Notes: generated by a model from the letters alone, not told the origin. DNA of 64,000 nt from Eledone cirrhosa (GCA_964016885.1 OZ024740.1:236468001-236532000); one strand, 5' to 3'. Numbered from the stretch's first letter, positions 27,559 through 41,435 are shown. Program-made: numbers and translations.

Positions 27559-27878
27559 TAATTACATACATATATGCCAAAAATGGAATGTATAAGTATA
27601 AGTAAGATGTGGTTCTCTGACCTTTCTAATCTTGGACTATGACAATCTATCCAACCCATGGAAAAAGGATGATGGTGATTATGATGACTATATTCAGAAG
27701 TGTCATCATTAACAACCCCATCAATGAAGCATCGTCAGAGCTAAGTCTTTAGGGTCATTCATGCCACACTCTTGAGAATAACTTTTTCTGCCGGAATGTA
27801 TAGAACACATTGACTAACACACACACATATACACACACACATACACACACACAAACACATATATATATCCAAATAAAG

Positions 27879-27948
27879 ATTCCTTCTGAACGAATTCAGA
27901 CGCTTCTGTTAGAATCATCTAACTTCGTGAAACCTTTGGTAATGGAAT
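27879..27948 (+). ncRNA. Hammerhead-like motif with a shortened CUGA core
   Basis: AUUCCUU-CUGA-ACGAA..UUCGU-GAAAC-CUUUG-GUA-AUGGAAU. Stems I, II and III are present but the NGA of CUGANGA is missing. Confidence 0.55.
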
Positions 27949-28040
27949 AATTATATTATGTTGTTTATTACATAATTAAATAGCTCTGTACTATACATAG
28001 AGCACTCTTCTTTCCTTTACCTTTTCCATGGAAATACATA

Positions 28041-28080
<40 letters not shown>

Positions 28081-28145
28081 CCAATATATAGACACAAATA
28101 TATACTTATATATATATATGACCAATATATAGACACAAATATATA

Positions 28146-28187
<42 letters not shown>

Positions 28188-28312
28188 AAAAAATGGGGAG
28201 AAGAATACTGCAGGTTGCACATGGATAACATGTAATAAAATGAGTCCCTCATCAGTGATTTGCCGACGATCATAGATATTTCATTGCATTATATATATAT
28301 ATATATATATAT

Positions 28313-28495
28313 AGCGGTGGATTGGCAGTATCGGTAGAGGGTCGGACGCCATGCTTTCCAGCATAATTCCGTCCCTTTACGATCTGAGTTCAAATCCCGC
28401 CGAGGTTGACTTTGCCTTTCATCCTTACGGGGTCGATAAAATAAAGTACCAGTAATGCACTGGTGAATTGCTGGCCTTGTGCCTAAAGTAGAAAC

Positions 28496-28500
<5 letters not shown>
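28313..28500 (+). mobile_element. tRNA-derived SINE (Meta-domain-like)
   Basis: Full-length copy of the family at 11763, inserted in (TA)n. Confidence 0.85.
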
Positions 28501-28540
<40 letters not shown>

Positions 28541-28786
28541 CATGGTGACCAATTCACAGAGAAATTAGAGTGTTAGTATCTGTTCTAGCTCTCTGCACTC
28601 TGAGGTCAAATACTGAATTGTTAAAGAGTCCAGGAGGATAATTTGCAGTCTCTGATCTGTGTTCAAATCCCACCTCCTTCTGCCAGGAGTCTCGACCGGC
28701 AGATAGTATCAGCAATTTGGTCTGATCTAATGATCAGCTCCTTTCCTTTCTATATATATTTATATATAAATATGCATGTATATATG

Positions 28787-28818
<32 letters not shown>

Positions 28819-28834
28819 GATATACATATACATA

Positions 28835-29090
28835 TGTACGTATGGGTTATATCAAACACTAATAATAATATTTGATTCGTTTGCAAGCAAACAACCCAAC
28901 AGAGCTGTGCCATGCTAGTGACCAATCGTCATCCATTTGTTCAACACTGGCATCGAGGAACAATCAACATGTTGCTGGCTCATTACTATTCATCAGGACT
29001 GTTTACCTCTCTGCCAATCTATTGAATGGTTGAAAATACATAGTATTTTCTGAAGTGTACATCAGCTGATTAGCCTCATTTGCATACACA
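28835..29090 (-). mobile_element. Diverged homolog of the 7420-7680 hammerhead element
   Basis: Collinear blocks TATGTACGTATGGGTT, TTTGTTCAACACTG, TCATCAG, ATTTGCAT. Decayed hammerhead at 28959-29003 (AACAGUC/GAUUGUU, CUGAUGA, GCAAC-AU-GUU). Confidence 0.65.
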
Positions 29091-30142
29091 AACACTCAGA
29101 CACATACATATATATATATACATAAATAAATATATATATGTGTGTGTATAATGCAGATATATTTTAGAAAAGCATATATTCCATATTCGTAATCTGGTCT
29201 GTTTGAATGTGTTAATTCAGTATTAATTTGATAATCATTTGATAATCATGAAAGGTTGTAGCACCATGTTGCACACGTATGCACACACACACACACATAC
29301 ACATACACACACACATATACACACACTCCACACACACACAAATGGTACCAGTGAAACTGAAATAATGAAAAAAAAGTTAAACAAAATTAACAAAACAAAT
29401 TATCACTATAAATTAAAAAGCAAAAAGAAATTAAAAATAAACGCATAAAAAAGCAAAACAAAACAAGTAAGTAGCAAGAGATTAGATGCTCATTTTATAT
29501 TTCTATGAAAAGCAATTAATTATTGTAACTGAAAATATTCATACTATATTTATTTTGTAATAAAATACAGTAGATTTTTTTTTTTCTTTCTCAGTAAATC
29601 TAGATTAGATGGATATATATCTTTATTATCTTCAGAACCAAATCTGGAATTCAAACATTTTTTTTTTTTCATGGTATGTTATTGTTGTTGTTTTTCGTTT
29701 TGTTTTCTCTTTGGAAGTGCAGGTGGAGGGTGAAGTGAAAATGTGTGAGTGGTTGAGAAGGAGAAAGATGAGGGTGAGATTTAAACAATAGAATGTAGAA
29801 TTCAAAGCACCCTCCTCCCCTCCCTCAACCACTTCTCTAACTAAAACGATAAGGTGATAGTCAATGATGATATCTCAATGATGGTAATTAATAGAAGTAG
29901 AAGATTTTGGCACCAACTGCTGCCTGCCTTCCAGACCAAAGCAATAAATAAGGCATATCATCATTTATTTGAAGACTGGTGGGAGGATGGAGTGGTGGGT
30001 GGATTCAATGTTTTTCTATGTAAATATAACCTCGATATCATTAATATTATTATTGTTGTCATTGTTGTTGTTGTTGTTATAATCATATTTCTAATAATTA
30101 TTGTCATTATATTATCATTATTCATATATTATTATAATTAAT

Positions 30143-31430
30143 AGGGACGTGAATTGGCAGTATCGGTAGACGGTCAGATGCCTTGCTTTAGAGCATAGAG
30201 TTATGGCCCTTTATGATCTGAGTTCAAATCCTGCCGAGGTTAACTTTGCCTTTCATCCTTACGGGGGTCGATAAAATAAAGTACCAGTAATGTACTGAGG
30301 TAATTGCTGGCCTTGTTCCAAAAGTAGAAACAATTATTAATAGGGCGGTGAATTTGCAGCCAGCCCTTTATGTTCTGAGTTTAAATACCACCGAGACTGG
30401 CTTTGCCTTTCATCCTTATGGGGTTGATAAAATAAAGTACCAGTAACACACTGAGGTTGATTTAATTGAATTTCCCCTTTCCCCAAAATTGTTGGCCTTG
30501 TGCCTAAATCAGAGACCATTATTATTATTATTATTGGTGGATTGGCAGAATCGGTAGAGCATCGAACAACATGCTTAGCAGCATAAAGTTACGGCCCTTT
30601 ACGTTCTGAGTTCAAATCCCGCCAGGATTAGTTTTGCCTTTCACCCTTACGGGGTCGATGAAATAAAGTACCAGTAATGCACTGGGGTTGACTTAATCAA
30701 CTTTCCCTTTCTCCCAAAGTTGTTGGCCTACATCAGAAACGATGGATTGGCAGTATCGGTAGAGGGTCGGACGCCATGCTTTGCAGCAAAGAGTTACGGC
30801 CCTTTATGATCTGAGTTCAAATCCCGCCAAGGTTAACTTTGCCTTTCATCCTTACGGGGTCGATAAAATAAAGTACCAGTAATACACTGGGATAATTGCT
30901 GGCCTTGTGCCAAAAGTAGAAACAATTATTTGATGGATTGACAGAATCATTAGTGTGTGGGACAAAACACCTTGCAAGTATTTGTTCCACTTTTTTACGT
31001 TCTGAGCCCAAATACAACCTAGGTCAACTTTCAACTTTGCCTTTCAACCTTCCAGGGTTGATAAAATAAAGTACCAGTCAAGTACTGGGGTTGATGTAAG
31101 CGATCCACCCTCCAAATTGCTGGCCTTGTGCCTAAATTAGAAATTGTTATTAGAGCAGTAAATTGGATCAATTTTGAGAGCACAAGACAAAATACTTTGT
31201 GGTATTTACTTCAGCTCTACGTTTTTACTTTGAATTCCACTGAGGTGAACTTTGCTAATCATCCCTTCTCTAAACTCGAGGCATTGAACCTATGCTAGAA
31301 TCAATTGGTGTTATTATTATGTGGGGAGTGGGGGGTCAATAAAATAAAATACCAGTCAAGTACTGGGGTCAATTTAATAAATTTCCCCTTTCCCTCAAAT
31401 TACTGGCTTTGTGTCAAATTAGAAACAATT
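30143..31430 (+). mobile_element. Head-to-tail cluster of about 6 tRNA-derived SINEs
   Basis: Repeated TGGCAG..CGGTAGA / GAGTTCAAATCC / GCCTTTCATCCTT..GATAAAATAAAGTACCAG units at about 30145, 30343, 30536, 30742, 30931 and 31155. Confidence 0.85.
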
Positions 31431-31449
31431 ATTATCATTATCATCATCT

Positions 31450-31482
<33 letters not shown>

Positions 31483-31490
31483 TCATCAAT

Positions 31491-31521
<31 letters not shown>

Positions 31522-31970
31522 GTAGTAGTAGTAGAAGTAGTAGTAGGTAGAATCGATAAAGGTGTGTTTTGGTGGGGTATGGATGATTAAGTGCCCTGAA
31601 TTAGTATTTACCTGTATCTCTTTACATACCGAGTTTAAGTTCTTTTTTGCCTTGCATCACTTCAGGGGTGAGAAAATAAGGGCCATTCACAGACTGGTAA
31701 TGGAGGTGGGGGTCAATTCTATAGATTATAAACCTCAACATTTTTGGCTCTATGGCAAATTAGCAACAATTATAATTAATTATGACATTATATTAGTAGT
31801 AATAGTATTAATCACAACAGCAGCAATGGCCACAGTGGTGGTTGTGGTTGTGGTGAGGTTGTTAGTAGTAACAGCAAACAGAATTAATTTTAAAATTATA
31901 TTTTTTTTTTTTTATCATGTTATGATAACCATAATCAGTTATTGCTCATTTCACTATCTGTTTTTTTTTT

Positions 31971-32014
<44 letters not shown>

Positions 32015-32225
32015 TTATCTATTTATCTCCTTCTATCTCTGTCTCTTCTTATTAAATTCACTTCAGCAATATTTCAGAAAAAAATTACAGAATATGTAGT
32101 TTAAATGCCAATTGTAGTTAGTAATAGTTAATAGAACTTATCAGTATATATATATATATATTTATATATACACACACACTCACACACACATATATACATG
32201 TATATATATATATATATGTATATAT

Positions 32226-32265
<40 letters not shown>

Positions 32266-32982
32266 GATTACTAATAGATGTATATAGTCCAATAATAAAC
32301 AGCAGTGTTTTCAAAAATTGTCTTGTATTTTTCTACTTAAATTAGCTACAATTTGGAAGATTTCTCTATGAAGCTCTCACTTCACAGAGGACATATGCAA
32401 TATGCAAGCACACACATACACAAACATAATATACACATACAATATATATATATATATATATACATGCATATATATACATGCATATATATACATATATATA
32501 TACACACATATATATATATACATACACACACACACATATATATATATATATAACATATAAAACAATATGTTTATATATATGTGTGTATATATATATGCAT
32601 AATATATACATTTAATGAGTGCTGTCAAGTGGCAAGGAAAATATATTTGAAACATTTCAATGTATATATTCTATAATTATTTTATCTTAAATTTGGTATT
32701 TGATATGACAATAAAATGTTATCTTCGTTACCCCGAAACAACATCACTACCACTTATACATGCATACATACATACACACACACACATATATATATATGTA
32801 TATATATATATATATCCACAAACTCATATCGTATATATGCATGTATATTAAAAGTGATAAACTGTTGATGTGATTTTCTTTATACAATTCCAGCAAACCA
32901 TGCTTATTAAATATCACTAACTCAAGGCAAAAAGATATCTTTTGCCATATCATCAAAGAGCTTTGTTAGACTAAGATTTCAA

Positions 32983-33018
<36 letters not shown>

Positions 33019-34796
33019 ATGTGTATGTATATATATATATATATACATACATATATATGTGTGTGTATATATATATACACACATATATATATAAACAGAG
33101 TATGAAAATTGAATTAGAATATTTCTCCATAACTTTGCGAAATCTTCAAATAGAATTTTCAAATTCCACTGTTTTCTAAATATATGTTCTTGAAAATTTT
33201 TTTTTTTATCTCTTAGCAACAAAGTGTTCTTTGATATAATGGCAAAAAGAGTTCCTTAATATTTTGACAACAGAAAAATGTTTGCTGTCTCTCCCTCATT
33301 ATGATGTTGCTATGGAGTTGTTTCTTTTTCTGTTTGTTTTTGGTGGGGCGGGGTTAATGTTTTAGCTACAATGTTGTTTGCTAATGTACAAAAATGTTTA
33401 TATTTTTTTCATTTCTCTTTCAATTTCAACTGAAGTCAACCTCCTATTGTATTGTAACAATGCATGATTACTATAGTCATTGCTCCCTCTTGATTTTAGT
33501 CATCTAATGACATTCCTTTTTTGGGGGGTTACCTTTCCCCTGCATCTTTTAAAAAATGATGCGCTTACATGAGACTCCTATCACATCGGTGATATAGATT
33601 TATCGGAATTAACCAGAACTTCAATATACATTATCTGCTAATGAAAATTCATACAAAATTTCCAATAGTTTCCACATCATTATCCCAGTTAAACTGGCTT
33701 CTTTCATAACTTTCCCACTAAGCAGTGTGAATGATACTGTAGATTAAAATTAGTGAACAAATGTATCATACATGCATGCATAGGATTATATTTTACAGCA
33801 AATATTGATAATATGCAAATATATATATTAGCTTTTAGTTGAATAAATAAATATAAATATATATATATAATTGAGTTTTGCTTATTTCTACCCGCTGAAA
33901 TACGATTCTCGCTGAATTTATATTTATATATATATATATATTTGTGTGTATGTGTGTGTGTACCTATGTACATAAGTGTGTATATATATATATATAGATA
34001 GATAGATAAATATAGATATCAGCTATATGTACATGTATACATACATATCTACATGTTATATGTACGTTTGCATGTATTAAAATATTTGGCACAAAACAAC
34101 ATGAACAACACAGAAAGCCTGATAAATTATGGGTAGACAAATATTTGAGTTGAAAAACTATTTACTGACAATAATTCAATGCAATCATCATTAACAACAA
34201 AAGCAATAAAAACAACAATCAATAGCATGCCTAAATATAACATGAATGATTTATTACAAACTCAGTAGAGGGAACCAATTCATGGAACTCCCCAAAAGAA
34301 AGTTGATAGACAAGGATGAGTTTGTGTTTTGTTGCTAATATATATAAAATAACCCTTCTTATAACAAAAAACCAAAATAGCAATAATTATTCATTCCACT
34401 CACAACTTAACAAATACTTTGAAAGTTTAATTGTCCATGACTGTTGCTGAAGTCATGGTGTCATTTAATTGATGAAATGTGCTTAAGTTTTTGAGCTGCA
34501 ACTAAAACTGTATTATATTCCCATAACTACAAGTTTCGCTATTAATTGTACAAAATCTGATCCACCTCTACACCATAAATATGTTCCCAGGTAATTTGAA
34601 TATAACTTCGGATTATTAACCCAAGAGATAACACATACTTTAGAGGGCCCACTAACACATTATCCGAAAACAAGAGAAAATCCTAATAAATCCTTAAATT
34701 AATATATAATCTTTTTGTAACATATTAAGGTATCAATGATTTACCAAAATAACCAAGTAGACTAAAAAGAATATATGCTGTAGATAGTATTGTACT

Positions 34797-34967
34797 CAGT
34801 GCCAAATTTAGTCTTAGTGGGGCTCTAAGTTATATAAAACTCGAAGACCTCTTGTTAAACTATTACTCCAGTAGGTTGTACAAAAATCAAAAACTTACAT
34901 ATCTTTTAAGTATTTTAAGGCCCTTGCAGATTGTGAGGCCTTAAGCTTATGCCTAAATCTGGCACTG
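34797..34967. mobile_element. Small MITE
   Basis: TIRs CAGTGCCAAATTTAG / CTAAATCTGGCACTG. Confidence 0.5.
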
Positions 34968-35012
34968 TTTGTACATCTACACTTGTAATATAACATTATA
35001 TGACACTAAGTT

Positions 35013-35205
35013 TGGGCGGTGGATTGGCAGTATCGGTAGAGGGTCAGACGCCATGCTTTGCAGCAAAGAGTTACGGCCCTTTATGGTCTGAGTTCAAATC
35101 CCGCTGAGGTTAACTTTGCCTTTCATCCTTATGGGGTCGATAAAATAAAGTACCAGTAATACACTGGGATAATTGCTGGCCTTGTGCCAAAAGTAGAAAT
35201 AATTA
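35013..35205 (+). mobile_element. tRNA-derived SINE with target-site duplication
   Basis: Full-length copy flanked by ATTATATGACACTAAGT on both sides. Confidence 0.9.
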
Positions 35206-36369
35206 TATGACACTAAGTGTTGACTGCTATACCACTAAAAGATTATGCCACTAGTTTACTGCTGAAGTGTTAATACGTATGATGTGTATGTCTGAGTGTG
35301 TTTACATTTGTACCATACAAGTGTTTATCCAGATAGTATTAACATATAGATAGATAGATGTCTACACATGTATATATATCTACATGTACAAATGTGGATA
35401 CATTTCTACATAATATATACATCTGGATATATATGTGTACATATGTATAAATGTAGATGCCTATCTATATAATACTTACATATGGTTATATATATATGTA
35501 CACATGTATAGACGTAGATGTCATTTACATAATGCTTACATGTGAATGTATATGTATATATATGTATAAATATGGGTATCTATCTACATAGTATTTATAT
35601 GAGTATATATTTATGCTGTCTATAAACATAAATATGTGTACATAATTTCTATAGGTGAGTATCTGTCTACACTGTTTAGAAATAGGTATATACCTACATA
35701 TTTGATATATGTACAAACAGTGTCAAAATATTATGTATTTACACAATGTATAGATGTAAGTGTATATCTACACAGTATCTAAAAGTGGATATACCTATAC
35801 ATAGATGTATGTAAGTATATATCCCAATATATTGTATATCTCGACATCATGTTTAAATGTGAGTGTGGTCTACACAAGCTCGGTGGATAGAAAGGGTATA
35901 TATGTGTGTATATGTAATATGTAGTAGACATCTTGTTTAGTAATCAATTATCTGAACTCTATTAGTAAAGTCTAGTTTCTACATGAATTCATGTCCTATA
36001 TATACATTTTACTGTGTGTGAGAGTAAACACAGAAGCAATGCTGTCAAACATTTTCAACTTAGACTTTAGGTCTTTTATTCTTACAGTTAAAATAGCTTG
36101 GTCAATTAGAATTCTATTCTTAATTTAAAAATTGAAAAAAAAAAAACAATTTTCTTGACAACTACAAAAAAATATGCCAGTATAGTTTGAAATGAGTGAG
36201 GAAAATGAAAATAAAAAATGATTGAAATTAAATGGAGAAAAAACCAACAAACAAACAAAACTAACAGGACATATAAAACACAGTTGAGCAAAAAAATGTC
36301 ACAGGTGACTTACAGGCAAGACATTAGTTGTTAAAGATGTAAGCTGTGCAGCAGTGAATAATTTCTTAC

Positions 36370-36384
36370 TGTTGATACATCAGG
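36370..36384 (-). CDS. Candidate 15-nt phase-0 microexon (PDVST)
   Basis: U-rich tract plus TGC motifs, ..CTACATCCAG|CCTGATGTATCAACA|GTAAGA. Splice-signal evidence only. Confidence 0.25.
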
Positions 36385-36791
36385 CTGGATGTAGCAGACA
36401 GCAACAACAACAAAAAAGTGAAAAAATATTAACAAAAATATAATGAATAAAGAAAAGAAAACAAAGCAAATATTGATTTTAATAATGGCAGAGAATGTCA
36501 AAGTTAGTCCTGCATTGTTACTGTGGGGTGACTGTTGTCTTTTTTTTTTTATTATTCTGGCAGCAACTTGTTTGTTGCTCAGTTCATGGTCGATTAAGAA
36601 ATTATTTGGTGAAGGCTTCACATATTTGAAGTCGCTATAAAAACATGTGCAATAATGTCTTTCTTTTATTTCAGTATATTATAATAAATATCAATCCGTC
36701 TTGTTTTTTCCTCTGAGTTGATTTTCATTTGAATTACTTAAAAAAATCTCAAATGAAGTTGTCTTTCTAGTTGCATGTATGTGTTGTGTCT

Positions 36792-36859
<68 letters not shown>

Positions 36860-36863
<4 letters not shown>

Positions 36864-38200
36864 AAAGAACTGCAGATGGTCAGTCGCTCTTGACTGATTT
36901 TGACTCCATACAGAACTGCTGGGTAGAACACTTCTCTGAACATCTTAACAGGCCCTTTAATGTCAACATAAACATTATTGAATCAATGAAAATCTACCCA
37001 ATTCTAAATGGAATGGCATCAGGAGCGATTAGAAATGACATTCTTCTACTGTACAGAAATTAAATAGCAATAAATCTCCTGGCCTGAGATTCTCAAGCAT
37101 AGAGGTGAGAACATGCTGTAATACTTCATTGTTGGAGGAAGGAGGAAATACTATAAGACATTGTTGATGTTATCTTGGCTTCCCTTTTCAAATTTGATGT
37201 CAAAGACCAATGTGGTAAGATTCTTAAGGCTGTTGAACTCTTCATATACCTCAGGAGTGCAGTGAATACAAATGGAACATTGGATTCAGAAATATCTCTA
37301 AGGATTCAAAAAAGTAAAATCTTTTGGAATTTTTTAGTATTGGGTTTGGTCACAAAAACTTATCAAGAATGAAACAAAAATATCTGTTGATAAATTCTTT
37401 GTGTTATCCTCTATTTTGTACTCTTCTGACAATTAGATATGTTACAAATATCACTTTAGACTACTGGAATGATTCAATCGAAAATTCTTATGAAAATAAA
37501 ATGGAATTCATTTACTCTTGACTTTGATGTTCTAACTGCAGCTGGTTTTTGTTCCATCTAAGCAATAATTTTGAAAAACTAACTACAGTGGTCTGAAAAA
37601 ATTGTCCGCATGGCTGATGAGTGTGTCCCTAAGCAACTGTTTTATAGAGAACTTGCTCAGGGAAAAAAGAAAAGGTGTAAGCCAAAGAAAAGGTTAAAGG
37701 ATGCATTGAAGAACTAGAAGAATGTACATATTGACCCCAGAAATCTGAAAAGTGTTGCAGTGGATCGCTCTACCTGGCATTCAAAAATATGAGGTGGTGT
37801 TAAAATATTTGAACAAAACAGGCTAATGCAATTAAATATTGAGAGGATTATAAGAAAAAAAAACAGCCACTAAGGGAATATTGAATTAATGTCAGAGGTT
37901 GGACTTCAATCTCACATAAGAACACAGAATAGGGTTCTCTCTACTGACTATAGAACATACCAACCAGTTCATCTTTATAAATGCCACATATGCCACAAGA
38001 TGTTCAAATTTCAAGCAGATCTAAAGAGATATTTCAAAGTTCATCAAGATCAGACACCACAGGCAGTTCAAGCTACACCAAAACTAATGTGCTATTTATG
38101 TAGACATATTTTCAAAACTGTTTGGTCTAAAAAGCCACATAAAATCTCATGCCAGAGTTGAGTATCATGTACATTGAAGTGGTTAAGCATTGTATTGGGA
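36860..38200 (+). mobile_element. Degenerate RTE-like LINE with C-terminal C2H2 zinc fingers
   Basis: Fragments DGQSLLTD..WVEHFSEHLNRP, VELFIYLRS..LDSEISLRIQK, VRMADECVPKQLFYREL, then YKCHICHKMF..LKRYFKVH and CYLCRHIF. Many frameshifts and deletions. Confidence 0.75.
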
Positions 38201-38244
38201 AGACAACCAGTGTATATACATACATATACATATATATATATATA

Positions 38245-38770
38245 TCATCATCATCACCATCATCATTTTACATCCACTTTTCCCTGCTTGCAAGGGTGGG
38301 ACGGGTCTTATTCAGCACAGCATCTCTCCACTTGTCATGGTCCCTCGTCATCTCCACCATGAGCTTCAGTTGTTCCAGTTTACTCAGCTGTAGAAATGAG
38401 ATGATAGGACAGGGGTCCCTATCATTCCACTGCAAAGTGGTCATGGAGGTGCCACTGCAAAAAAGCACCCAGCCCACACTGTAAAGTGGATGTGTAGGCA
38501 CCACGGAAAAAAAGCACCCAGCACTCACTGTAAATGAGGTTGGTGTTAGGAAGGGCATCCAGCTGTAGAAATCAAGCCAGAATCAGTTCCCGTATGAGCA
38601 AACAAGGTCAGCTGACCAGACACTGCCCACAACAGGACAACCCCTCTAACACATGCTAGCTTGGAAGAACAGACGTAAAACATTGATGATGATGATGATG
38701 ATGATGATAATATATATATAATCATCATCATCGTTAAATGTTCATTTTTCCTTGCTAGCGTGGGTTAAAC
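38245..38770. mobile_element. Jumble of SINE/RTE 3'-end fragments in both orientations
   Basis: RTE tail on the minus strand (38245-38365) fused to a plus-strand SINE body carrying the GTTGGTGTTAGGAAGGGCATCCAGCTGTAGAAA module and a (GAT)n tail. Confidence 0.75.
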
Positions 38771-38814
38771 AGGTTGTCCCATTTAAGTATATATATATAT
38801 ATATCATTTCATTC

Positions 38815-39147
38815 ATCATTTCATTTTACGTCCGCTTTTTCCCTGCTTGCAAGGGTGGGACAGGAACTGATTTTGGCTTGATTTCTACAGCTGGATGCCC
38901 TTCCTAACACCAACCTCATTTACAGTGAGTGCTGGGTGCTTTTTTGCCATGGCACCTCCACGACCACTTTGTAGTGGAATGATAGGGAACCCAGTCCCTA
39001 TCATCTCATTTCTACAGCTGAGTAAACTGGAGCAATGTGAAATAAAGTGTCTTGCTCAAGGAAACAACACATCACCCGGTCTGAGAATTGAACTCACAAC
39101 CTTTCGATTGCAAGGCCAATGCTCTAACCACTAAGCCATGTGCCTCC
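38815..39147 (-). mobile_element. Full-length tRNA-derived SINE with an RTE-derived tail
   Basis: Head GGAGGCACATGGCTTAGTGGTTAGAGC..GAGTTCAATTC (A and B boxes), CORE-like TTGAGCAAGACACTT, and a 3' end matching the RTE end at 44120-44160. Confidence 0.85.
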
Positions 39148-39417
39148 TTATGGACCATAACGCACCAGAGTACTCAATACTTAGTGTAGTAGAGTGGGTA
39201 ATAGAGTTTGGATCTAGCTGTCGAAACAGCCGGAGCTCAGTGTAAATAATGTTGGTGTTAGGAAGGGCATCCAGCTGTAGAAATCAAGCCAAAATCAGTT
39301 CCTGTATGAGCAAGACAAGGTCAGTGGACCAGACACTGCCCACAGCAGGACAACCCGTTTAACCCATGCTATCGTGGAAGAACGGAGGCAAAACGGTGAT
39401 GATGATGATGATGATGA

Positions 39418-39451
<34 letters not shown>

Positions 39452-39496
39452 TGACATATATACACACACATTCATATATATACATATATATATATA

Positions 39497-41420
39497 TGAA
39501 AGAAATGAAGCTTGCATACTCCGATGGATGTGTAATAGTAATGTGTGCGAACGGCAAAGCATAAACGAATTGAGAGAGGGACTGAGCATAAGAGGAATCA
39601 AATGCTGTGTGCAGGAGAGGCGGTTGCGTTGGTATGGACATATGAAGGAAGACAGCTGCATAAAAAAGTGCAGGGCAATGAAAATTGATGGAAGCTACAG
39701 CTACAGAATGAGTAGACCAAGAAAAACTGGGATGAGGTGATAAAAACTGGCCTTGCTCACTTACACCTAAGTCAATGTCACTACAGAGATCTTTGGCACA
39801 ATGCAGTTGTACAGAAGACCTGCCTTCCCTTGCATACAAACCTATAGTCAGTAAGTACCTCTTAACCTAATATACATGCCACCGCACACACCCTACCCAG
39901 AGTTATAGCACAACTAATCAGAGATCGAATTGATCTAGATGAATGGAGTTTGGGTTTGTTTCAGATAAAAGTACCACAGATGCTCTTTTCCTTGTACGAC
40001 AACTGCAGGACAGGAGAAGTACCTAGCTAAACGTAAACCCCTCTACTTAGCTTTTGTTGACCAGGAGAAAGCATTTTCTGGTGGGCTCTTAGAAAACTAG
40101 GAGTAGATGAATGGCTTGTGAGAGCTATACAAGCCATGTATAAAGGAACAGTCAGTAATGTTAGAATCAACAATGAATATAGTGAAGAATTTAGTGTAAA
40201 AGTAGGTGTTCCTTAACCCCCTCCTTTTTAGTATTGCCCTACAGGCTATAACAGAAGAGTTTAAGACTGGCTGCTCATGGGAACTTCTATATGCAGATGA
40301 TCTAACTCTCATAGCTGAATCTATGGCTGAACTAGAGAAGAAATTCCAAACAGAGAAGCATGGCCTAGAATCAAAAGGCCCTAAAGTTAACTTGTCTAAG
40401 ACTAAAGTTCTAGTATGTACAAAGGAAAGATGTAGTGGGATGACAGGCAAGCTATCTAAGAATGTAGATTTTATATGTGAGAGATGCTCAGGTGCAGTAA
40501 GTAACAAGTGCCCACTGGATACTAGCTCCTTCAACTGCCCAGATGGTTCTATAGAAATAATAGACACTTTCCGTTCACTGGGTGACAAAATCAACAGTGG
40601 ACGAGGGTGTTCTGAAAGTACAGTAGCCAGAATAAGAACGGGATGGGAAAAGTTCAGAGAGCTGATACCGCTGTTGGCCACAAAAAGTTTTGCTCTAAAA
40701 ATGAAAGGCAGATTGTATGATGCTTGTATATGAACAGCAATGTTTCATGGTAGTGAGACCTGGGCATTGTGTGCAGAGGAGCTGCACAGATTGGAAAGGA
40801 ACGAAGCATGCATGCTCCGATGGGTGTGTAATAGTAATACACATGAACGGCAAAATGTAAACGAACTGAGAAATTAGGAATAAGAGGGATCAGAAGCAGT
40901 TTACTTGAGAGGAGATTACGTTGGTATGGTCATGTGATATGTATGAAGGACAACAGCTGTATAAAAGAGGGTAGGGCGATCAAAACTGATGGAAGTTACA
41001 GAGTAGGTAGACCAGAAAAACTTGGGACGACATGATAAAATCTGACCTTGCACACTTACACCTCTCTAAGAGAATGTCACTGGATCGAGATCTTTGGTAA
41101 TATGCAGTAATACAGAAGACCTGCCTTCCCTTATGTATGAACTTAAACAGGCACCTCTTAACCAAATAAACACCCCAACCCCACACATCCTCCGACTTTT
41201 GCCCACACCACCCTTTCTCTGTAAAGTTATGTTGGTACGACAGAACATACAGTCCACACAGTTAAAGTTGTCATGTAGGTGTCACAACAAAAAGCACCCA
41301 GTCCGGTTCTACACAAGCGAGACATGGTCATCCGACCAATCATGCCTCAAGTGGGACAAACTCATCTAACCCATGCTAGTATGGAAGATCAACTCTTAAA
41401 CGATGATGATGATGATGATA
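39497..41420 (+). mobile_element. Two adjacent degenerate RTE LINE 3' fragments
   Basis: ERNEACILRWMC..RLRWYGH (39497-39830). RT motifs AFVD.EKAF, ELLYADDL, DTFRSLG, KGRLYDACI (39940-41130). Ends in a (GAT)n tail. Confidence 0.85.
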
Positions 41421-41435
41421 TATATATATATATTG

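Noticed and set aside
28205-28260. Minus-strand CUGAUGA...GCAAC-CUGCAG-UA motif between (TA)n tracts
   Set aside because: GAAA is mutated and stems I and II are not supported.
39075-39147. tRNA-like sequence on the minus strand
   Set aside because: The A and B boxes are a SINE head. The acceptor and anticodon stems do not pair properly and the SINE body follows.
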